A stretch of DNA of 63,383 nt, the filler included, from Choristocarpus tenellus KU-1152 (Eukaryota > Protista > Phaeophyceae), in assembly GCA_964200185.2 (NCBI GenBank). It is 13 parts of 13 records of this genome, joined end to end, with 100 filler letters (N's around TTAATTAATTAA, not from the genome) between each part and the next. Parts side by side here need not be neighbours in the genome. Positions count along the whole stretch, not along the records: positions 10,811 to 15,896 come from CAXNAD020011927.1; positions 15,997 to 18,607 come from CAXNAD020026287.1; positions 18,708 to 24,437 come from CAXNAD020009894.1; positions 24,538 to 27,435 come from CAXNAD020023808.1; 9 more parts are not named here. One strand, given 5' to 3'. A program made the position numbers and the translations under genes. Below, in pieces: positions 13,221 through 25,254 of the stretch (positions are counted from its first letter, which is position 1; every line of letters starts with the position of its first letter). Under the pieces are notes generated by a model. It ran no database searches. It worked only from the letters and a program-made list of their open reading frames with translations, and had not been told where the DNA came from.

Positions 13221-13611
13221 AATAGAACAGCGTGACACACGAAAAACAGATTGGGAATATGAGTGTACGAATGGCGAGGAATAACTACCTAGGCGACGTC
13301 TATATCATGGCGTTCAGAAACCACTCATTTGCGAATGCAGGTGTATGATGTTTCCCTTGGAGCCACAGATGCCACCACACTAGGCCCTCCCTCCAAGTTA
13401 GGAGGTGGAGCCAATGTTCCAAGACCACCCATGGAGACGACGAGGCCAAGCAGAAGGAAATCTCATAGATGGTAAAAGCGTCCTCAAAACCATGCGTGGA
13501 GACCACAAAACCAAGTAGGAGAGAGAGAAAAATCCAGGCTATCGTAGGGAGCTATCAAGAATCCTAAATGCCGGGGTGAATGCCGAGTACTCTCTCCAGT
13601 TTGAAGAGAGG

Positions 13612-13625
13612 CGGTAGGACCTCCA
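13612..13625 (-). promoter_or_regulatory. Primer-binding site, probably for tRNA-Gln
   Basis: The minus strand reads TGGAGGTCCTACCG right after the LTR. The complement CGGTAGGACCT-CCA fits the 3' end pattern of eukaryotic tRNA-Gln (..CGGTRGRACCT-CCA). Confidence 0.75.
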
Positions 13626-14065
13626 TGTTACAGGCACACTCCAGAAAATTACCTCCACAGGATGGGTAGCTCCAATTCACAGATTAACAAACATCAGCTC
13701 AGCAGAACAGGGGTACTCTCATATGAATCAATCAGCATAACAAATACGTATGATTTCGATATTAGATAGAGAGAGTGCTTTAGGTGGGGTCTCTAGGTCA
13801 GAAGAACCGAGCTGTTTGGAGCCGTTTTTAGGATCTCTTATCATCATTTATTGTTGGGGCTTCTTTGGTTTACAAACATTGGAATATATCTGAGAACCCT
13901 TGCGACCTTTCCATCTGGAAACCCTTGCGACTTTCCCGAGTTACGGACTATATTCTGCAACTCTTTAGCAAATCGGAGTTCCCCCTTTTGGGGTTCCCCA
14001 CGTGCGTACACTGCTCACGCCGGTTAAAGCGCAGGAAGAAATACTCACGCTATTCACCTGTAACA
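13626..14065 (-). repeat. 5' long terminal repeat (440 bp)
   Basis: Bounded by the perfect 9-bp inverted repeat TGTTACAGG (13626) and CCTGTAACA (14065), giving canonical TG..CA ends, and directly abutting the PBS. Confidence 0.85.
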
Positions 14066-15395
14066 TGCCCCCCAGCGTGAACCTGGTATACATGTTTCAC
14101 GCTTACCACAGGCGATTTTCACTGGTTAAGACAATAGATATCATCCATCACCTCAGATCCCGCGGCAGCAGCATGAGATTGTTGCCATCAAACAAAAGAG
14201 GGGCTCTAGTTCCAAACTTGTCAGTTGTTTCCAACACAGGGACCTCAGTTCCAAATTAACCAGATACTTCCAACAAATGATCGACATATCTCCCAGTTTC
14301 TTTCGAGAATAAATCCTCAAAAGTCTTAAGACACAGTCAGAATCAGTAAATGTCTGACCTAGTCAGAGTATATATTTTTATTAAAAACATATATAACTTC
14401 AACTAGGTCCAGAATCGATCAACATATATCCTTGTTTTTCTTGAGATAATTTATCCAAGAGGCACAGAATACTATGAGAAACAGTTTGCATCTGGGCTAA
14501 TCTGAGTATATACTTGCTCCTTCTGTAACACCTTCAAAAGTTGCAAAATATACATCTCTGACATGGCCTAGAATAAATGAGACCCCAGTTCCGATCACCT
14601 TAATCACAAATGTGATTAATTCATCTCCACAATTCTTTAATAATGGCCCATCCAACCTAATCTCTAAATATACCTGTTCTTTCTGAACTGGGACTTCAAA
14701 GTAACAAAATGAAAAATAAATAAATAAATAAAAGAAGAATGTATCCTATTTAGAAACGTTTGCTACAAGTGATTGTCACTGGTGAAGACAATAGACATCA
14801 TCAATCGCCTCAGATCATCATGTAGCAGGGAGAAGGAAGAGCAAAAGTATGCCTAACTTCTACTAGGCCTAAACATGTATCCCTATCTTACTTGGGGAAA
14901 TCTGTCTGCGTCTAGCCTAATCTGAGTATACCTTTACTCTTTCTAAAGTACAGCTTCCTTAAGGTGCTAAGTATCATCTGATTATTGCCTGCCTCATGCC
15001 CCCCAGCATGAAGCATACTGACGACTGCTAGTGCGTAAAACAGGCAATAACATCAACATCAGCGCCCAAAATAAATAATAAATAATAAATGAATAGATAA
15101 AATAAAATAAAATAAAATAGAGCATAATAAACAAGGGACCGAAAAGAAAGAATTGAAGGTAGAGCATAGTAAGGGCGTAAGGGGATACCTGGTCTGACAG
15201 AAAGATAAAAAATAACAGAATTAAAAACAAACAAATAAAAATAAAGAATAAAAAAATAAAGGTATCCTACGAAAATTAACTCGGACTAGACATATTATTC
15301 ATGACCTACTCGACATCTGGTTATTGCCTGTCCTATGCCCCCCAAGCACAAAGCATACTCAAGGCTGCTAGAGCGCAAAACAGGCAATGACAATA
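14066..15395. repeat. Patchwork of degenerate local duplications, including two ~70-bp hairpin units
   Basis: 14112-14170 resembles 14770-14830; 14974-15052 resembles 15314-15392; CTAATCTGAGTATA occurs at about 14497 and 14917 (variant near 14359). A-rich spacers. Confidence 0.75.
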
Positions 15396-15854
15396 ATAAA
15401 AAATAAAAATAAAATAAAAATAAAAATAAAAGGGTCAATGAGAGCAACAAATAGTAATACTAACAAATAAATACAAGAAAAAAATCAAAAGGAGGATTAA
15501 ACAGAGAGGAAAAGAGGGGGAAAAAAACTATGGGGTGATAAAGATGAAAGGAAAATAATCGGTGGATGATGAGGTTAACAAAAGTGGAATCTGAATAGAA
15601 ATAAATAAATAAATAAAAGAAAAAGAAAAGAAAGGAGAAAAATATATATGAGAGTAACAACTATTAAAGAAAAAAAAGAACTGAAAAATGAAAGGATGGT
15701 AGGATGGGAACTACAAATAAATATATAAATATTATAAGAACAGAAGAGTGAGATAAAGAAAATATATCATACTAAAAAATAGAAATTCAAGATTACAGAG
15801 AGTTACAAGATAGAACAAAAAAAGTACTGAGTTTGGTGTATAAATATTTATTTA

Positions 15855-15896
15855 GGCTTAAAGTATCTGGGGGGGGGGGTAATGGCTGTCCATTGG
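15855..15896 (-). mobile_element. MITE family A end, truncated
   Basis: GGCTTAAAGTATCTGGGGGGGGGGG..GGCTGTCCATTGG at contig end. Confidence 0.85.
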
Positions 15897-15996
15897 NNNN
15901 NNNNNNNNNNNNNNNNNNNNNNNNNNNNNNNNNNNNNNNNTTAATTAATTAANNNNNNNNNNNNNNNNNNNNNNNNNNNNNNNNNNNNNNNNNNNN

Positions 15997-16073
15997 CATA
16001 AAGAACCCATGGGAAGTCAAGCACCAAATGGACAAACAGGGCAAAACTCGTACCCTCTAAGATACTTTCACTC
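15997..16073 (+). mobile_element. MITE family B long-spacer end, truncated
   Basis: CCAAATGGACAAACAGGGCAAAACTCGTACCCTCTAAGATACTTTCACTC matches the end of 28634-28894. Confidence 0.92.
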
Positions 16074-18539
16074 TTATAGTGGATGTTATGGATTACACTG
16101 AATGGTATGTACTTTGATATTACAATATGAAATTCCATGTTCAAAATCAAAATCCGACGTCTTGGTTACGTTGCCGAAGTGCCAAAATTGAGAAATGCGT
16201 CGATCTCCAAAGTGGATGAATACATCAAAGATAAATGGTAATCTACGTAATGAAAATGTATAGAGAAAGAACCGATGGAACCTCACACGAGAGTATAAAA
16301 CAAATGAACAAATAGAAGAAACAAATGAGGTTTGAGATTACCTTAAACTAAAACAGAAACTTATTATTCATTTTCTAACCTGGATACGGTGAAGGATAAT
16401 CGTAGGTAAGTAAATATACAAGATAACATCACACACCCAACACCCACAGTACGTAGATGTGTCAAGGCGCCACAAACCTCTCTGCAAAAGGGGAAGGGGG
16501 CAATCACAATCACCAGGCTGAACTCTTCCACGCCATGAGGTGAGACCGAGTTTCACAGATCTTGCCCCAGCATCTCAAAGTCATTTGGGGAAGTTCATAA
16601 AAGAACCAAAACCTTAGTACACAACAGATGTAACAGAATGACTGAGCAACGCTAACGCCAGGGAAATGGATCGGTCAGAATCGGAATGTATCTTGGTTCT
16701 GACAGTCCTTCTCACTGTTTGTTCAAGTCCAGATATCTTACGGATGTGTCTGGTCTTTGTGGACTGGTCGATATGGGCAAGTTCCAATGACGTGGTTGAT
16801 GCGCGCATATGTATATGGCCGCGCGTCATACCACAAATGTGTGTGTCAAAGATCCCAAAAAAGGAACCTGTTCCTGACATGTTCTGAAAAACTGTCAGGA
16901 GTTGGGATGGGTTAGCATGTGTTTCCATGGACGGATTAATATTGGGATGGAGACTTGATGTCACAGTTGGTTCCATGTAAGGCATGAAGGGATGAAGCCT
17001 GACCGGATCGAGGCACGAAAAGGAATGCTCCATCTAACAGATGCATAATGATATATTTTTGTTTTTACGCCATCTGAGATTTTGGACGTCCATTGAACCT
17101 CATCCGCATGCGTATAGACACGATAAACATATGTGAATATCTCATCGTACCCCTGTATCCAGTGTGCTACGATACTGTGAGAGAAGTGAATCAACACCTG
17201 ATCTTGGTCTGCAAAAGAGAAGGAGGTGCACTGACTTTGAAACTGGAGGCAACCCGCCTGTGACGATTCCTTCCGGCTGAACCAGTGGTGAAATACAAAA
17301 CGTGCCTTCTCCTCCCCTACTGGTTTCCGCTACCCACTTTGCAACGTGCCTACATCACCCCCCTGTAAAGGTCGAACCCGAAGAGGCGTCGGAATCACCG
17401 GGCTTGAGGATGCCAACAAGGGGAGGTAGGAGATGAGGTTGACGAAATAAATGCGCACAATACATCTGTTACAGGCGACGCTCAGAACTCACTTCCACTG
17501 GATGTACAACTCAAATCCAACGACCTTAAAACGACGCTATGGGGGCGTTGCCCTTTACAACAGTTTGTAGGGTGTCAGATGTCCTTCTCTTCTTGATATT
17601 CCACTACGGCGCGTTGACCCTGTACATGTACGTGGATATGCACCCTTGGTCTTTGACATTTCACTTTCCGCATTACCGTCTCAAATTGGTACACATTTGA
17701 GGTTTGTTGTTGTGGAAATATAGACACCATGCGCGTTTTGACTCAAGCGGGGACACACAATTACTTGCCACACATGGGGTTCGCACGCCCCACATCCCCA
17801 CCCCTTCATGCACTGCCCTTCTTGCTGAAGTCCAGCACATTAACCATTGACAATAGACTTAGAGACAATGTCGCACCTCGCAGTGATTTCCTTCCAAATA
17901 TATCCCTAGCCCGTCGGTGTCATGCGTTCCACCTGATATTGTGTTGGAAATAAAGACCCACTCTCTCCCCCAATGCCTTAACATGAACTCGCACAACACA
18001 TCACCTAAAACCCACCCATCGGCCTTTTGATAGTTTTGAAACATGGTCATCCCGAAATACCTCTGACTGTGTTGCCCCACTTTCATTACCCAATTGTCAC
18101 CATAAACATACCAGAGTCTGTATTAACAATACAATGTACCCACACCCTGAAGGCGGCAGGGTGTTTGTGTGGGTATAACATCACGACACCCAATATATTT
18201 TCCTCAACCTTATTGTGTACAACACTACCTCGACCGTTGGCACCAAGATTTCACACACAGTATTCTAACTCAATAACATCCGCGCACTAAATTTCTAAAT
18301 TACTGCCCAGGAAAACGCGCACACCCATCCATCATTCGACAATTTTTTTTTGTGGAACACCCCATCACACCCAGAAACACTCCACTAAACTCCACCATCC
18401 ATGTCGTTATTCGCCACACTATATGACACCATGTCATTTAAACACAACTCGTCAAAAACTTAGGCCTACTACTGCAGCCTCACCAATACCTAGACTCGCA
18501 CGAATTGACACATGTGAACCCTTCCATGAGGTCACAAAT

Positions 18540-18607
18540 GAGTGAAAGTATATTAGAGGATAAGAGTTTTGCCCTGTTTGTCCATTTGGGACTTGGCTTC
18601 CCATGTT
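18540..18607 (-). mobile_element. MITE family B long-spacer end, truncated
   Basis: GAGTGAAAGTATATTAGAGG..GCCCTGTTTGTCCATTTGGGACTTGGCTTCCCATG. Confidence 0.92.
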
Positions 18608-18707
18608 NNNNNNNNNNNNNNNNNNNNNNNNNNNNNNNNNNNNNNNNNNNNTTAATTAATTAANNNNNNNNNNNNNNNNNNNNNNNNNNNNNNNNNNNNN
18701 NNNNNNN

Positions 18708-18781
18708 ATTACATCAAAATCGCAACATTAGATTTTGACCCCCAAATGGACACGGCTCTACCCTCTAAGATACTTTGACTC
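18708..18781 (-). mobile_element. MITE family B short-spacer end, truncated
   Basis: CCCCAAATGGACACGGCTCTACCCTCTAAGATACTTTGACTC. Confidence 0.92.
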
Positions 18782-19459
18782 ACATTATAGATACCACTGG
18801 TGGAGTAGATAATAGGATGGAGACCTAGTGGTGAACATACCAATGTATGCATTGTGGCTGTGTTGTCAGAACATTATCTTTAAGCACTTCATGCATGTCA
18901 CATCAGGAACTAAATGTTTTGATTGATATCCATCGTATAGATTTTCTTGCTATACTGAAGACAAGTAAATGAGCTATTCATAGTGTGGACGATTGCAAAC
19001 CTTAAAATTAAAGGACACTAGTGAGTGCTACCAGTTATGACCCCGACTAGTTCAGCCAACGGATTTGAAACACTGCAATCCCTTGTAACACTAATACAAT
19101 ATATTAACACCAAGCCACATACTGTCTTCTGCCAAGACCATTAATCTTAACTGCAGGTTCAGAGTGGTACACTTCAACAAATCAGAGTGGGGAGCGATCA
19201 CCATCAGGTTCCTCACGAGGAGTAGTAGGCCCCATTGGGCATTTCAATGGCAGTAATTTATCAAACATGACTTGAGTGCCAAGCAAAATGGAAAGGTGTT
19301 GTACACAAGATTTGGTACTTACCCTTCCTTTTTCGCTGATGTTGTGTTGATATGTAAAAATCAATTTACTGAAACTCTTCGATCGTTTTGCCATTCCATG
19401 ATAGGCTGTTGAAGCTAATAGGTGTACGTTTTGGAGCTGAAATGGCGAAGAACTGTCTC

Positions 19460-20030
19460 TAGCCTCACCTCGCAGCTCAGATGTGGGGCAGCATTCCGTC
19501 GTAATTTGCATCGTTCTTGAGACGTGGTGCACGTCTTTGAGTGTTATGAGACTCGAATGAAGATTTAGTGTAGAGAAAGCTTTGTGCTGAAGCGCAGTGT
19601 GATCTGTGCACTCTGCTGGTAGAGCGCCTTCTTCGGTCTTCCCCTCACCTCCGAAATCAGCTTTTTGGTGGTTTTAGATTATGATTTGCATCGTTCTTGG
19701 GCAATATACACAAATTAACAGCGGCTGTTAATTGGAGTGGCGTGCCTCAAAATAAAGCTCTAGCATAGTAGGGGAATTTCATTTAAGGACACTTTGATCC
19801 GTTCACTGTGATGACAATATTGAGCCTTCTTTAACCTTCCCCTCACCAACAATTGAGGTATGTTAGGTGGTTCTTGATCATGATTTGAACTGTTCTCAGG
19901 GTGGGTGTAGTGCACGGAATTGAGTGCTGTGTCGCACGATTTTTTTTTTGCCAATACCCAAGCCTTACTTGAAAGCTCAATGTGATCTGTCCACTGTGCC
20001 AGTTGAGAGCCTTCTTCGGGAAGCATAAGT
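19460..20030. repeat. Degenerate tandem repeat, about 3 units of 180-198 bp
   Basis: Anchor CCTCACC at about 19463, 19643 and 19841; TGTGATCTGT.CACT..GC..GAG.GCCTTCTTCGG at about 19598 and 19981; ATTTGCATCGTTCTTG at about 19504 and 19684. Confidence 0.7.
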
Positions 20031-21258
20031 AACGTTTATGGCAGACCGTATTTGCAAGGCGCATATTTAGGAGTGTGTTGAAAATACTGAACTATTATTA
20101 TTTGACCCCTCAACATTTTTTTTGCTGTTGAGAGTGTTAAGAATATGTTGCATACAGAGTTGAGAACAACTCCTGGAATACACTTTTCAAATCGATATCG
20201 AGTATTGTCGATAATAAAGGGGATAATATCTTAGAGAATTGCCGTATATCAAGTCTAGTAAAAGTATCTACTCAATAAAAACTCGTTTTGGAATGGGTTA
20301 ATAATTTCTGCGTATACGTGCCTGCTGACATCCTCATTGTGTATACATCCAGACATGTTCTTCATGATTTTGAACAAGGTTCAGAGATGATTTGATATAA
20401 ATATATATTTTTATATACACATACACAAACTTCACCTTCGTTAATTTCTGGAGTGACTAAACGATGTTGACAGTTAGTTGGATTTGTACAAAATGCCTAG
20501 TGGACATGATCCAGTCATGGCAGAAAAAAGCTAGAGTGACCAGCGGACATGGTCCGGACATGTCAGAGAAAGTTAGACCCTATCTGAATGGCAGTCATGC
20601 GCCTGTAAAATACCCAGTGGACATGATCTGAACGCGTTAGAGAAAGTTAGACCTGGTCTGGCCAGTGGACATGGACAGGTGTCATTATCTGACCAGACAT
20701 GGATGGGGACTACTTGTTGATGGGTATGGTTAGTGGTTAGTAGGACGGTTTGTTTGTTGGATCGCTGAAATGTGAAAAAAGGTTAAAGAAAAAATGAATA
20801 AAATATTTTCTTTCCCAGAATTGGTGGGAGAAACCGTTCCGCGCGTCGTGCGTCTCACCACTTGCTAGCAAGTAGACAATCATAAAATGGAAAAATTGTA
20901 CGTCTAAGAAACAAAGATCTACATCAACTTCGTATTTCACTTGATTTGAAAATGGAGTATGATTGATTTTTTACTTTTTCATTGAGATGACACCATATAG
21001 GGTATGTATCTGATATAACTTTAAAACTCTGAGTATATTCTGACTGTAGTAGTTGGGACCTCATCGATGCACCAATTGGTGCAGTCTAAGGTTTGAAGTG
21101 GAAACCTGGCAACTCCGTGTCTACACCATTGAGGTGTTAGTAGGGTAAGGCATCAAGGGAACCTTCCCTTGCCTCCTGTCTATATCTCCCACCAATCCCC
21201 TTTGTTGATCCTCAACTCGTACACTACAAGTAATTGTGCTATCGATCTGTTGCTGGCA

Positions 21259-23259
21259 ATGGGAATGATTGCGGGGTTATCGTGCCCGATGAGAGCAGTT
21301 ATGAGGGTAATCTACATCCACCTACTACTCATTTATGCCTTATTCGCTGGGTGTGAGGCCAGCACAGTGCCTTCGTCGGGTGGTTGCCCTCTTTCTCGCA
21401 TCCAGTTGGCTTTCCAGGCACCTATTAACTCCTTGTCCGCAGTCCTAAATGGCGCTGCTGGCTCAGCTTCAACGTTCAAGGCAGGTTTTTTCACCCCGCA
21501 ATCTATCGCTACCCCTCGATGGATGTCGGAATATGGATCCCCACTACGTGTTCAGCCTCGAAAGACAGAGGTCGGGCGTCTTGGCATGTCTGTGGTGGAA
21601 ACTTCTTCAGGGAAGAAAAGGTCTGCTGAGTTGGATGAAGCAGCCCAAAAGAAGGCGGAAAAGAGGGCCCGTAGAATTGCAGCGGCATCGAAACCTCTTA
21701 GTGTGCATGTAATTGGCGTCTCCCACCACAACTCCGCAGTCGAGGTCCGCGAGAAGCTTGCCGTACCAGAGGCTGAATGGAACGATGCTTCGAGAAAGGT
21801 GAGATTAGTTTCTGTTCTGTAGTGAGGCTATCTAACCACACGCTACCCTCACACGTCGATCGATAGTATCTTAGAGGGGTGTGTGTTTGGGACATACTGT
21901 CCATTATGGGTTTGATGGAGTATTGTAAGATACCCAGTTTGATGCCCGTTTTGGAGGCGATTTTCCTTGGGATTTGGTTCAGGTTGGGGGATGGAAAAGG
22001 GAGGTGCGTTCAGATGAAGGAAATTACCCTTGCATTCGACATTTCCACTTGGATGATACGAAATCACTACCAGATCAACAGGCCCCAAATGGACGCCTGA
22101 CTCCTCCTCCAGGTCTTTCTCAGGTATGGCATCTTGATTAAACGAATCTCCTTAAAACCTTAACGTAACTATCCAGGTCTTTCAATGTTGTTCCAACAGA
22201 GGGTGATGAAATTCGTAATTGCGATGAGCATGTGGAGTATGTGCAGATACTATGCTTTTACTCCAATCTTAAGCGGAAACGATTTGGATGGAAAGTATAT
22301 CATGCAACGGACTCCACCTAACGTGGGAGCCCCCCTGTAATGACACTTGACTGACCGTGAAGGATACCTTTAGAGGCAGGCGTAGGAACTGTGCTGTTTG
22401 CATACGTAGTTGAGATTATTTTAGGTGACGCATGCCTTAATAGGGGAATGGGAAACAAAATCAATTTGTGCTATGGAATTATTGAAGGGTATTATCACTT
22501 TGCCTCCTACCTGTGTGATATTCCATGTTCTATTTTGTGATACTATATGATGCGTGGGAGTAGTCAGTCATCTCAAAACCGACAACTTGCAATACTTTTG
22601 GATCTTCTTTTTCCCAAAATTGAAGTTAACCTGAGTCTTGATGTACGTACGTTTTGTGTCCCATTACCACTTACGTATGTGCTGCGGATTTAGCTGTGTG
22701 AGTTCGACAACATCGATGAGGCTGTTGTGCTGTCTACATGCAATCGATTTGAGGTGTATGTTGCGTCTCACAACTCACGTGCAGCCATCAAGGATGTAGT
22801 TTCGTTTCTTCAGCAAAAATCAGGCTTGCCGCAGTCCGATCTTCGCCGGAACCTGTTCATGCTGTCTAATGATGATGCTGTATGGCACTTACTGCGTGTC
22901 AGTGCTGGGCTGGACTCACTGGTAGTAGGAGAGGGACAGATTCTGTCGCAGGTGACTGACGAGAATGCAAGGGATGAGATGAGATGAGGTGGGATGGTGG
23001 GAAAGGTATCCCTTGTATTAATGTTGTGTGGGTGTGGGTTTGGGTATGCAAAGGTTTTTGTGAGTAAGAGTTGCAAAGAGGGGTGCAAAAATACTTCATA
23101 ACTGATGTCCCTTCACTGAAATTTCTGTTTTGCAGGTTAAGAGTTGCTATATGCATGGGACAGAGGAGGATGGGTCGGCGGGTAAGGTTGTGTCGCGGCT
23201 GTTCAACACAGCCGTGTCAGCAGGAAAACGGGCTCGTGCAGAGACAAGTATCAGCAGGG
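21259..23259 (+). CDS. hemA: Plastid-targeted glutamyl-tRNA reductase, 5' part. Exons 21259-21798, 22694-22951, 23136-23259; truncated by contig end
   Basis: VIGVSHHNSAVEVREKLAV, catalytic LSTCNRFEVY, HLLRVSAGLDSLVVGEGQILSQ|VK, LFNTAVSAGKRARAETSISRG. The N-terminus has a hydrophobic signal peptide and a Ser/Ala/Arg-rich transit peptide with LAFQAP. The start could be 21259, 21289 or 21301. Confidence 0.96.
21858..22125. mobile_element. Degenerate MITE with related ends in hemA intron 1
   Basis: Left end GATCGATAGTATCTTAGAGGGG..GTCCATTATGG; right end GGCCCCAAATGGACGC..CTCC with an eroded terminus. Interior differs from families A and B. Confidence 0.55.
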
Positions 23260-24324
23260 GTAAGCGACCAAGGGTTGTGTAACTTCTCAGGAGTTACTGT
23301 GAAAATGTTGAGAATAGTATGAGGGATCAGTGTCTAGTGTGATTGTTGCAAGGTCAAGGTTAAGGTGATCTTGGAGAAATATTTGTGGTGTATCATGTCA
23401 GCTGAAGCATTTTGTATTTGCATCTTTGACAAGACTGATCAGTCAGCTATTATTTTTGTGGCAAACTAAATTATATTACAATTTGTGAGCACTGTATTGT
23501 TGATGTTGATGTTGACTGTACACCTGATGATAGATCTGTTATGTTGCTGTTGTGCAGAAGCAGATGAGGTTAAGCATTGATATCCTGATTGACAATAGAA
23601 TACAAGAGATGTGGTTTGAGAGATGCTCACTCATGGCTTTTGGATGCCTGTTACTCCTTTGTCTCTGCCTTATTTTCCACATTGCAGTGGAAACAGTGTT
23701 GACTAACAACCTAAAATATATAGAAATTATTTTATCTTCTAGCTGAGGAAAATGTCTCTATTGTCTACTTTGTTGTGCTTGCTGAGGGAGGTTTTTCTGT
23801 TACTGAGGGTATTGTCTGAGGGTAGCAACTCAGAATTTGTGCGTGTGTGAAGGGTTATGTAGATAACAAGACTTTTGAAACAGATGCGTTCAACACTTCT
23901 ATTGTTTGGGACTGCTAATTGAGTTGACTGTATCAAAATATATGCTGTCAAGTGTTGAGTTGCTGGGATTTTTTTTTCGGATGGGTAACCTACCTGGTAA
24001 TGATCTAAGTGGATTGGGTCTGATGCCTCTTTATTTGGTATTTTGGGCTATGTCTGCTAAAAACACTTACCTCACACTTTTGCAAAACCTTTTCTACTTG
24101 TGAGTTACAAAGTATTTCTCTGATTGTATTGATACAATCTTTCTCACTATTCAGAGGAACACAGATACCCAATTTTTTTGTGAGAGGGTTTCTTTGTCCA
24201 TCGGTCTAACTTTTCATGTGATCTGGGATTGTGCTAAATTATTCCATTTCTTACATTTTTTTTTTTGATCTTTGTATATTTCCCCCCTTTTTGTCTGCTT
24301 TTCATTTCCTTGAAAATGGAGCTA

Positions 24325-24437
24325 GTGTGTACTAAAAAGTGTGTACTAAAAAGTGTGTACTAAAAAGTGTGTACTAAGAAGTGTGTACTAAAAAGTGTGT
24401 ACTAAAAAGTGTGTACTAAGAAGTGTGTACTAAAAAG
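24325..24437. repeat. 14-bp minisatellite (GTGTGTACTAA[A/G]AA), about 8 copies, running into contig end
   Basis: Directly visible. Confidence 0.97.
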
Positions 24438-24799
24438 NNNNNNNNNNNNNNNNNNNNNNNNNNNNNNNNNNNNNNNNNNNNTTAATTAATTAANNNNNNN
24501 NNNNNNNNNNNNNNNNNNNNNNNNNNNNNNNNNNNNNATGCTGAATGTGATTACATGGTTGTAATTGGAAGAGTGACCTCTGCGTGGTCTCTTCTCATTG
24601 CTTCTATATTATTTATTTGTGCTTCCTATCTAAGTCAACGGTTATGTCAAAGTAGTTGGATGCGGAATAAATACCAATACATATAATCCCATACATAATA
24701 CTATCTCATTAGTTACATCACATGGACTCAATTCAACACAATAATGTCATATACACAAAATAAGGTACACCTCACTATTGTCCTATTTTGCACACTCCC

Positions 24800-24977
24800 A
24801 ACCATCACCATTGTCACCATGGGTGCATTTTGTCAGGATTCCAACATTCAGATCGAGCAGTAACAATGTACCCTTGTCAGACCTTAGCAAATGGCATTGT
24901 AGTACAATGGAAACTTCTAAGATGGATAGTTGTCAGACTAGGTAACTAAACAGAAGAAATGAACAGTTTTACCTTAC
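24800..24977 (+). mobile_element. Second fragment of the same LTR retrotransposon family
   Basis: Reverse-complement homology to about 11081-11260 (e.g. AACAATGTACCCTTGTCAGACCTTAGCAA and TAGGTAACTAAACAGAAGAAA). Confidence 0.85.
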
Positions 24978-25239
24978 GAGCCAAAGTAACTTAGAGGGTA
25001 GAGCCGGGTCCATTTGGGGATCACAATCCAATGTTGCGATTTTGATGTAATTTTGGCCATCGTGTTTGTTAGGAAGAGTCAGTATCCATATTCTGGACAC
25101 ATCTTTTCATAACGTATGCATTTTATCTACTCCAAAACATTTTGGAGTAGGAAAATGGCATTAAAAAAACATGGGAAGCCAAGCCCCAAATGGATAAACA
25201 GGGCAAACCTCAAACCCTCTAACTAAGATACTTTCACTG
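24978..25239 (+). mobile_element. MITE family B, near full length, no matching TSD
   Basis: Collinear with 28634-28894; 4-bp duplication near the right TIR; flanks TAC versus ATC. Confidence 0.93.
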
Positions 25240-25254
25240 ATCAGGCACGAAAAA

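Larger units (their letters stand above)
10908..14065 (-). mobile_element. Decayed LTR retrotransposon, probably Ty3/Gypsy-like: 5' LTR, PBS, gag remnant and aspartic protease
   Basis: The minus strand has VQVLLDTGAEG(frameshift)NYIS at about 11335-11378 (retropepsin DTG motif), a Cys/His knuckle-like remnant near 11765-11815, and a PBS and LTR upstream. Many stops and frameshifts; interrupted by MITE A at 13038-13220. No RT seen, so the clade is not established. Confidence 0.8.

Noticed and set aside
16614-17200. ORFs as a gag-like or host gene
   Set aside because: No recognisable motif and no consistent splice structure.
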